From Alphaproteobacteria bacterium (GTDB taxonomy: Bacteria > Pseudomonadota > Alphaproteobacteria > RF32 > CAG-239), in NCBI GenBank assembly GCA_017960745.1, contig JAGCYN010000049.1:1-32540 (forward strand): a DNA stretch of 32,540 nt, in the 5' to 3' direction. Under the pieces are notes generated by a model. The model was not told the origin of the DNA. It worked only from the letters and a program-made list of their open reading frames with translations, and made no database searches. Positions 26,788-32,540 of the stretch are shown here, in pieces. Position 1 is the stretch's first letter; the number at the start of each line of letters is the position of its first letter. The translations under genes and the position numbers were made by a program.

Positions 26788-27127
26788 AACGATGATGGTG
26801 TCCGCCGTGGTGTCCGCCATGATGATGGTGTCCGAACAGGGCACCGCCGATAACGGCACCGGTAAAGCCGGCGAATAAAGTTGTTGCTACCGGATCATAG
26901 TAGTAACTGCGGGCAACCGGACGCGGACGCACGACAACCACCTGTTGAGCCGGTTGTTGAACCACAACCTGTTGCGGCTGCTGAGTATATACCCGCTGCG
27001 CGCTGGACGGCTCGGTATAAATTTCTTGTTTAACGTTGTTGTATTCATCTACCACCACAATGCGATCAGCCATGGCCGCGTTGCAGCAAATCGACGAAAT
27101 AACCAATAAGCAAATTAATTTTTTCAT
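26786..27127 (-). CDS. Small secreted protein with a Q/V-rich repeat, a glycine-zipper segment and a His-rich C-terminal tail
   Basis: Signal peptide MKKLICLLVISSICCNAAMA|D. QQPQQVVVQQPAQQVVVV repeat. FAGFTGAVIGGALFG glycine zipper. The C-terminus is HHHHGGHHGGHHHR. GGAGGA RBS. Confidence 0.7.
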   Translation of the reverse strand: MKKLICLLVISSICCNAAMADRIVVVDEYNNVKQEIYTEPSSAQRVYTQQPQQVVVQQPAQQVVVVRPRPVARSYYYDPVATTLFAGFTGAVIGGALFGHHHHGGHHGGHHHR

Positions 27128-27243
27128 GTTTTTTCTCCTCCAAAAGTCTTTCTAACTTCTGATATAATATAATTGCGGAAAAAAAGCAATAAAATAAATA
27201 TACATTCAGGTATGTATAATTATAACTAATTGATTATTCGTTA

Positions 27244-27597
27244 TTATTTTTTTTCATCAGGAACGTTGTCGATGTCAATATCTTCATCATCCGCATCGCG
27301 AATAATTTCCGCATAGTAATTATAAACAATGCGGGTTTCATCAGGATTATCGGTCGGTTCAACCTCGCACACCATGACCTCATCTTTGTCTTCAAGCGCC
27401 TTGAAGGCATCATCCGAAACATTTTCCAATGTCAGTTCATCATCTTCGTTGCGAAACAGGGTTGCCGAATGTTCTTCCGGATCGAGCACCAGTGCCGGTT
27501 CGTTCGGTATTTGCTCTTGCGCACTCAGAACCAACAATACTTCGTTTTTATCGCCGATTACAAAGTCAAAGCCGTTTATATTCTCTGTTTTGGCCAT
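27244..27597 (-). CDS. Highly acidic small cytoplasmic protein (117 aa), unknown function
   Basis: The ORF is intact with a very high D/E content (DADDEDIDIDNVPDE tail). I recognise no family motif. Confidence 0.5.
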   Translation of the reverse strand: MAKTENINGFDFVIGDKNEVLLVLSAQEQIPNEPALVLDPEEHSATLFRNEDDELTLENVSDDAFKALEDKDEVMVCEVEPTDNPDETRIVYNYYAEIIRDADDEDIDIDNVPDEKK

Positions 27598-27675
27598 ATT
27601 TTTATCCTTTCATCCGGTAAATTATTAGTGCAATTTTAGGATATTTAAGTTAACATTTTCATAACAGAGGTTTTT

Positions 27676-28362
27676 ATGTTCAGAAGAACGATTGATTTTA
27701 CAATAGGGTTGCTCAAGTGGCCGTTGGCGGTGTTCATGTTTATTATGACACCGGCATTGTTGCAGTCATATAATTTTTTTGATTTCTACACTTTCAAATT
27801 TGCCATGTTGGGAGCAGGCATCTTTCTTTATTTCTTTATTTTATTCACCGCCGGTCGCAACATTTGCTTTTCAATGCAGATTATTTCGCATGAGTTGACG
27901 CACGTTTTTTTTGCTTTGTTAACATTACATCGCGTCGGTCGGGTGCGGCTTAATCCGGATGACAGCGGTGGTTCGATGGTGGTGAAGGGCGGCGGCAATT
28001 GGCTGATTACGCTTTCACCGTATTTTTTCCCGCTGTTTGCCTTTCTTTATATGTTGATTATGCCATGGTTGTTGCAAGCAACGGGCGGGCATTGGCTGAT
28101 ACACGTTATTTTCGGCTATTTTATCGCTTATTACTGGGCAACGGTGTTGTCGCAGGTACACGCTAAGCAGACGGACATTATCCGGGAGGGCTATCTCTTT
28201 TCAACGATTTTAATTATTGCCGCTAATCTGTATGTGACGGGGCTGTTGTTTGCTTTTAACGGTCATCTGTGGGGCGGTTTGGCTAAATATACGCATAAAG
28301 TCTGGCAGCAAAGTGCCGGCGATATTCAGTTTTGCCTGGAGTTAGTAAGACAACACCTCTAA
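27676..28362 (+). CDS. Polytopic membrane protein with HExxH, peptidase M50B-like
   Basis: ISHELTHVFFALLTLHRVGRVRLNPDDSGGSMVV resembles the M50B-like pattern HE.GHAL.ALLTGG.V..I.L..D.SG.T. There are about six hydrophobic segments. The 3' end overlaps the convergent ldcA-like gene by 21 nt. Confidence 0.6.
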   Translation: MFRRTIDFTIGLLKWPLAVFMFIMTPALLQSYNFFDFYTFKFAMLGAGIFLYFFILFTAGRNICFSMQIISHELTHVFFALLTLHRVGRVRLNPDDSGGSMVVKGGGNWLITLSPYFFPLFAFLYMLIMPWLLQATGGHWLIHVIFGYFIAYYWATVLSQVHAKQTDIIREGYLFSTILIIAANLYVTGLLFAFNGHLWGGLAKYTHKVWQQSAGDIQFCLELVRQHL

Positions 28363-29232
28363 TTTGCCTTTATCGGCATCAAGCAATACGGTGCCGCCCT
28401 GCGGCAAAACATAGCGCGAATCGGTGTGTCCGAATTGAAAATCTTGCAAAACCGGAATATTGATGCCCTGCATGAAATCATTAAAACAATCTTGAAGTGT
28501 GCCGTCTTCCGCATCGCCGGTGCAATCGGTGAAATTTCCGAAAATAAGGCCGCGCAACTTGGAAAAAGTTGCTTGTTGCTTGAGCTGTTGCAGCATCAAA
28601 TCAATTTTATGCAAACGCTCATGAGTGTCTTCAATGAGTAAAATTTTGCCGTTCAAATTCGGAAAATACGGGGTTCCGGCCAATTTCATCAAAACACTCA
28701 GATTACTGCAGATCAATTTGCCTTTGGCTTTGCCACGGCGCAGGGTAGTGCCCGATGTGATGTCGAATTTGTTGCCGGATATCAAAGTTTGCAAATTTTC
28801 ATCAATCAGTTTATCAAGCTTTTTGTGGCGAAAATCATAGCTCAGCAGAAAACCGTTCCATGAAATAATGCCCGATTTTTGCAATAAAGCGATTTGTAAG
28901 GCGGCGTTGTCGCAAAAACCGATAAGCGGTTTTTTATTCTTTTTGGCGTTATCATAATCAATATAGGGCAAAATCCGGGCGGCACCGGCGGCGGCGCGCA
29001 CGCAGAAAATCGCTTTAATTTCGGGATTTTTGAACGCATCGTTGACGTCTTGCGCACGGTGTTTATCCGTGCCGGCCATATAACGATATTGCTCCAGCGT
29101 ATGTTTGCCCAAAACCGGCACCAAACCAAGTTCGGAAAGATATTTCAGTCCGTCTTGAATTTTTTCGATGTTGCCGATTTGTCCGGACGGGGCAATAACG
29201 GCAACTTTGTCGCCGGCGCGTAGTTTTTTCAT
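28342..29232 (-). CDS. S66 family LD-carboxypeptidase-like protein (LdcA/MccF family) with Cys at the predicted nucleophile position
   Basis: VAVIAPSG, AIFCVR...G, IGFCDNAAL (family GYSD), LLIEDTHE (family catalytic Glu) and QFGHTD (family catalytic His). The start overlaps the upstream ligase stop by 4 nt. Confidence 0.75.
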   Translation of the reverse strand: MKKLRAGDKVAVIAPSGQIGNIEKIQDGLKYLSELGLVPVLGKHTLEQYRYMAGTDKHRAQDVNDAFKNPEIKAIFCVRAAAGAARILPYIDYDNAKKNKKPLIGFCDNAALQIALLQKSGIISWNGFLLSYDFRHKKLDKLIDENLQTLISGNKFDITSGTTLRRGKAKGKLICSNLSVLMKLAGTPYFPNLNGKILLIEDTHERLHKIDLMLQQLKQQATFSKLRGLIFGNFTDCTGDAEDGTLQDCFNDFMQGINIPVLQDFQFGHTDSRYVLPQGGTVLLDADKGKLEVLSY

Positions 29233-30599
29233 GTTTCTAACCTTTGCAAAATATCATGGCAGAGTTCGGTCAAGGAATTATCGCGAGCCCCCATAATTAC
29301 TATACGATCGCCGCTTTTAGCGGTTTTGAGAATAAAGTCTTCAACCTGTTGCCGTTCGGCAAAGAAAAAGGCATTTTGCTTTCCCAAACTCTTGGCGTGG
29401 TTAATCAAATCTGCTGAAGAAATGTCTTTGGTCACGGTGCCGCCGACAAAAAAGATTTCCGGCATCACCAAAATATCATCGGCACCCATATTGTTTACAA
29501 ATTCAGCCATAATTTCTTTTCCGAGCGAACGCATCGGTCCGAATCCGTGCGGTTGGAACATAATAATGAGCCGACCGGTGTATTGCTTTAAGGCGCTGAC
29601 AGAGGCTTTGACCTTATCCGGATTGTGAGCGAAATCGTCAATGACGGTTATATTGTTTTTAACGCCGATAACCTCCAGACGGCGTTTGGTGCCGTGAAAG
29701 TTTTCCAAAATGGCGGCCGCGATTTCCGGCTCAACACCGAGAGCCGCACAAGCGGCGATGGCTGCCAATGCGTTGGCAACGTTGAACGCACCGATTAAAT
29801 TCAGATGAAAGATTTTGCCGACAAAGCGATATTGGGTGCCGCCGGCCAGCGGTTTAATGTTATCGGCATAAAAATCAGCGTTGGTATTATGCAACGAAAA
29901 TGTCCGTAAATTTCCCGAATAAGCGATTTGGCGGCATAAATCATAATCATCGTTGATAATAACGGTGTGTTTGGTGCGATCGGCCAACTGCTGAAACAAC
30001 ATACTTAATTCTTCCAACGATTTATGGTCTGCGGAAATGTTGTTGATAACGGATATATACGGGTTATAAAGATTGATACTGCCGTTGCTTTCGTCGGCTT
30101 CAACCACGCAAATGTCGCCTTTGTTGAAGATAATATTAGGAATACCGGCGCTGCCTTCATAATCGCGCAGTAAACCGCCGTTTATCATACAAGGCTTTTT
30201 CCCCGCCTTATCCAGAATAAAACCGATCATGGCGGTGGTGGTGGTTTTGCCGCTGGTACCGCCGACGGCAACACCGTATTTATAGGAATGGAAGATTTCC
30301 GCCAACAATTCCGGCCGTGTTTTAATGGCAACGCCTTTTTCTTTGGCGGCTTTGATGTCGGGAATCGTGTCCTCAACAGCTGTCGAGGCGCATAAAAAAT
30401 CAAGCGTGTTATCAACGGAAGAGCCGTCCTGCGGGAACATTTTGATACCGAGAGCTTCCAGTGCCGCTTTGTTTTTTAAATCACGGCCCAAATCAAAATT
30501 GCGATCAGAACCCCGAACCTCGTGTCCGGATAATTTTAATATCTGCGCCAGCGAACTCATGCCGCTGCCGGAAATACCGCAAAATCCTATTTTTGCCAT
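29229..30599 (-). CDS. Mur ligase family protein, MurC-like (possibly Mpl-like in function)
   Basis: IGFCGISGSGMSSLA Rossmann N-terminus, P-loop GGTSGKTTTTAM, EADESNGS, ISADH, DDFAHNPDKV and FQPHGFGP. The last two are closer to MurC than to Mpl. AAGGAG RBS. The start lies 10 nt after the upstream gene stop. Confidence 0.8.
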   Translation of the reverse strand: MAKIGFCGISGSGMSSLAQILKLSGHEVRGSDRNFDLGRDLKNKAALEALGIKMFPQDGSSVDNTLDFLCASTAVEDTIPDIKAAKEKGVAIKTRPELLAEIFHSYKYGVAVGGTSGKTTTTAMIGFILDKAGKKPCMINGGLLRDYEGSAGIPNIIFNKGDICVVEADESNGSINLYNPYISVINNISADHKSLEELSMLFQQLADRTKHTVIINDDYDLCRQIAYSGNLRTFSLHNTNADFYADNIKPLAGGTQYRFVGKIFHLNLIGAFNVANALAAIAACAALGVEPEIAAAILENFHGTKRRLEVIGVKNNITVIDDFAHNPDKVKASVSALKQYTGRLIIMFQPHGFGPMRSLGKEIMAEFVNNMGADDILVMPEIFFVGGTVTKDISSADLINHAKSLGKQNAFFFAERQQVEDFILKTAKSGDRIVIMGARDNSLTELCHDILQRLET

Positions 30600-30609
30600 G
30601 TGTCGCTCC

Positions 30610-31539
30610 TTATAAATCGTCCATCAAATTTTCGAGATTGGCATTATTTTCGTTTTTCATAATTTCCAAATTTTTGTAGTTAATCGTGATAAAACTTTTG
30701 CCTTCTTCATTCACGGCCACGCGCAAAATGATGCCGAGGTCGTTGTTTTCAAAGGTGGCGTACAGCGAGGCTTTTTCGGCTTGCAGTTCCTTTAAGAAAT
30801 TAGCCCCGCCTTTCGGATTTTCGTGTGTGACTTCGGTAACGATTTTCTTCTGCTTTTCGCCTTCGCCTTGAATTTCAACCTGTTCTTCGACATAGGTATA
30901 AGGGGTGAAAAATTCTTTATCATTGCCGTATTTCTTCTTTAAGGCTTCATAGTATTGCTGATAAAGTTTCAAAACTTTTGAGGCATCGGCCTCGTCTTCT
31001 TGCGGTGCGCTTTGGGCGTAAATGCTCCAGAGATGGTCTTGCAGACCGAAAACCGCAATAACCGAAGTGAAAAAGGCGTATCTTTGTTGCGGATTGCTGA
31101 CCCGATAGCTGCCTTTATAATCTTCGTGTTGTACCGGCTGCAAAATAAAGTCCATCATTTGCATTTCTTCCAAAGTGGCGTCCCAATACAACCCGAAAGG
31201 CGCTTTTTGCAGACGGCTGGTGATGTCTTCAATCATGTTCTTTTTACGGTTTTCGATGTATTTTCTTTCATCGAGTTTATGGGCCAATTCTTCCCGTTTA
31301 CGGGCGCCTTCTTCCAACATTCTTTCTTCGGTTTCGCGCAATTTCAAAACATTCGGCTTTTCGCTCAGCAAATCACGCGCTTTGGCGCGGGAATTGGTCA
31401 GTGATTCTTCTTGTTCGATGTAGTGTTCGATAAAATCCGTATCACCGTTTGCGGTCCCGTTCGGTGCACTTTGTGCCGTCAATGTTGCCGGGGATAATAT
31501 AATCAATATGCTTGCCATAAACAGAAAAAATTTTTTCAT
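30610..31539 (-). CDS. Secreted protein with a charged coiled-coil region (309 aa), unknown function
   Basis: Signal peptide MKKFFLFMASILIILSPATLTAQS|A, then a K/E/R-rich helical region. No recognisable domain. AAGGA lies upstream of the tandem ATGs at 31542 and 31539. Confidence 0.65.
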   Translation of the reverse strand: MKKFFLFMASILIILSPATLTAQSAPNGTANGDTDFIEHYIEQEESLTNSRAKARDLLSEKPNVLKLRETEERMLEEGARKREELAHKLDERKYIENRKKNMIEDITSRLQKAPFGLYWDATLEEMQMMDFILQPVQHEDYKGSYRVSNPQQRYAFFTSVIAVFGLQDHLWSIYAQSAPQEDEADASKVLKLYQQYYEALKKKYGNDKEFFTPYTYVEEQVEIQGEGEKQKKIVTEVTHENPKGGANFLKELQAEKASLYATFENNDLGIILRVAVNEEGKSFITINYKNLEIMKNENNANLENLMDDL

Positions 31540-31589
31540 CATTATTCCTTTGATAACCGTAAAAAGAAATTGAATACCTTTATTCATTG

Positions 31590-31607
31590 TTGTATGCTAG
31601 CATACAA
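31590..31607. promoter_or_regulatory. Perfect 18-bp palindrome, candidate TetR operator in the divergent intergenic region
   Basis: TTGTATGCTAGCATACAA equals its own reverse complement. It lies 32 nt upstream of the TetR ATG and about 50 nt upstream of the divergent secreted-protein gene. Confidence 0.55.
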
Positions 31608-31639
31608 ATACAAATATTTTATTAACCGTGCGTTTTAAA

Positions 31640-32236
31640 ATGGAAAAAGAGAATATACAACAGTTATTGCTGCAAGTCGGGAAAAAGTTGGTTTGTGAAC
31701 GGGGCGTTGAAGCCTTAACGGCGCGCAAACTTTCGGAGGCTTCCGGCTGTTCGGTGGGGGCTATTTATAACCAGTTTTCCAATATGGACAATTTCGTGGT
31801 GGTGTTGAATTATATGACGCTGGATGAATTGTTGCATCAAATTCAACAAATTGAAATGACCGACGATGCCCATGCCGATATGAACAATATTGTGCGTTGT
31901 TTCACCCGCTTTGTCGGCGAAAATCAAAATATGTGGTTTATGCTGTATAATTTTTATCTGCGTGCCGAAAAACAGGAATATTCGTTTCTTTATCTGCGTA
32001 ACGTTGCGAAAATTGTCAATATTGTCAGCGACATTTTGCAGCGGATTTTACCGGATATGGAACGTCCGGAGCGTATTTTATCTTCGCAGATTTTGTGGCT
32101 GACGATGTTTGCGCTCAGCCCGTTTTTAACGCGCGAGAATTTCCAAGCTGCTTCTAAAATCAACAGCACATCGGTTTGTCAAATCGTTTTGAATACGTTT
32201 GTGGCCGGTTTGACTATTTTGGAAAAGAAAAATTAA
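31640..32236 (+). CDS. TetR/AcrR family transcriptional regulator
   Basis: The N-terminal HTH region LTARKLSEASGCSVGAIYNQFSNMDNF fits the TetR_N pattern. A helical ligand-binding domain of about 140 aa follows. The ATG at 31640 is preferred over the upstream GTG. Confidence 0.85.
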   Translation: MEKENIQQLLLQVGKKLVCERGVEALTARKLSEASGCSVGAIYNQFSNMDNFVVVLNYMTLDELLHQIQQIEMTDDAHADMNNIVRCFTRFVGENQNMWFMLYNFYLRAEKQEYSFLYLRNVAKIVNIVSDILQRILPDMERPERILSSQILWLTMFALSPFLTRENFQAASKINSTSVCQIVLNTFVAGLTILEKKN

Positions 32237-32238
32237 TG

Positions 32239-32540
32239 TTATTCTGAAACTGATTGCGGTTCGGTGTTGCGATCAGCCGCATCGTCGGAATTTGTTTCAG
32301 ACGTGCTTGCGGCCGGTTCTTCGGCGGAATCTTCTTCCAAATCATCTTCTTCAATGATTTCAATTTCTTCATCTTCATCGAAAGAAAATTCATTGGTCAT
32401 AATCATGTCTTCGGTTTTTGTTTCCGGCATCTCTTCAGAGGACATCTCGCTGATGACATCGCTGAGTTTTTCCGGTTTTTGAGCTTCAGCCACGCCAATC
32501 TGCGGGGTGTTATCGGTCAGCACGGACGGGCGATTAAGCA
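32239..32540 (-). CDS. Acidic C-terminal region of a protein whose start probably lies outside the window
   Basis: The minus-strand frame stays open to the window edge upstream of the listed GTG. D/E/S-rich tail (EDEEIEIIEEDDLEEDSAEE). It is convergent with the TetR gene, with 2 nt between the stops. Confidence 0.45.
   Translation of the reverse strand, partial: LNRPSVLTDNTPQIGVAEAQKPEKLSDVISEMSSEEMPETKTEDMIMTNEFSFDEDEEIEIIEEDDLEEDSAEEPAASTSETNSDDAADRNTEPQSVSE

Noticed and set aside
26786-26830. The His-rich C-terminus might be an engineered His-tag, that is, cloning-vector contamination
   Set aside because: The histidines are interrupted by GG pairs and end in Arg. The gene has a native signal peptide, RBS and a shared genomic terminator. 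No vector-like sequence flanks it.
26900-27010. Short DNA repeats in the Q/V-rich region, considered as a possible CRISPR array or tandem repeat locus
   Set aside because: The repeats are imperfect, in-frame and code for QQP.QVVV within an intact ORF. There is no repeat-spacer periodicity and no cas genes are present.
27244-27597. The acidic 117-aa protein as an antitoxin or anti-defence component of a two-gene toxin-antitoxin module
   Set aside because: There is no adjacent small partner gene on the same strand. The neighbours are a separately terminated secreted protein gene and a divergent membrane protease-like gene. Nothing in the sequence supports a TA assignment.
1-32540. Defence islands, prophage remnants, integrative elements and IS elements
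   Set aside because: I recognised no integrase, transposase, recombinase, terminal inverted repeats, tRNA-adjacent att-like repeats, restriction-modification genes, Cas proteins or other nuclease/helicase defence hallmarks on either strand. I also noticed no sharp compositional break by eye, although this was not computed.

Overview
The window is a densely packed, mostly housekeeping chromosomal segment. I saw no rRNA, tRNA, CRISPR array, transposase, integrase or phage gene. About 38 CDSs are supportable, and many are linked by 1-23 nt overlaps.

Clearly recognisable genes are secA, a parvulin PPIase, trpS, serS, an HD hydrolase, dksA, maf, rng, yacG, an MlaEF/MCE/PqiC-type transporter, nth, tsaD, valS, a TetR regulator, an LD-carboxypeptidase-like gene and a MurC/Mpl-like ligase.

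Several features suggest, by inference only, a moderately AT-rich and probably reduced Alphaproteobacterium: the divergent secA/parvulin pair, the maf-rng-yacG block, a Mic60-like protein beside tsaD, a Zn-finger-less DksA, and an archaeal/actinobacterial-type ValRS.

I cannot point to one unambiguous novel system. The candidates most worth follow-up are:
1. An archaeal/eukaryotic-type ADP-dependent sugar kinase. It is tightly coupled to a Mic60/mitofilin-like membrane protein and sits next to a non-canonical ValRS.
2. A probable three-gene operon on the minus strand, facing a divergent TetR gene across a perfect 18-bp palindrome. It encodes a secreted coiled-coil protein, an orphan MurC-like ligase, and an S66 LD-carboxypeptidase-like protein whose nucleophile Ser appears replaced by Cys.
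3. A four-gene block of unknown function downstream of serS and the HD gene: a membrane-anchored protein, an M49-like HExxH metallopeptidase, a polytopic membrane protein and a mini-lipoprotein.
4. Two orphan type IV pilin-like paralogs with no assembly genes nearby.
5. A transporter with a STAS domain fused to MlaE, a single MCE protein and a PqiC lipoprotein.

All family assignments come from motif recognition by eye. No searches were run.
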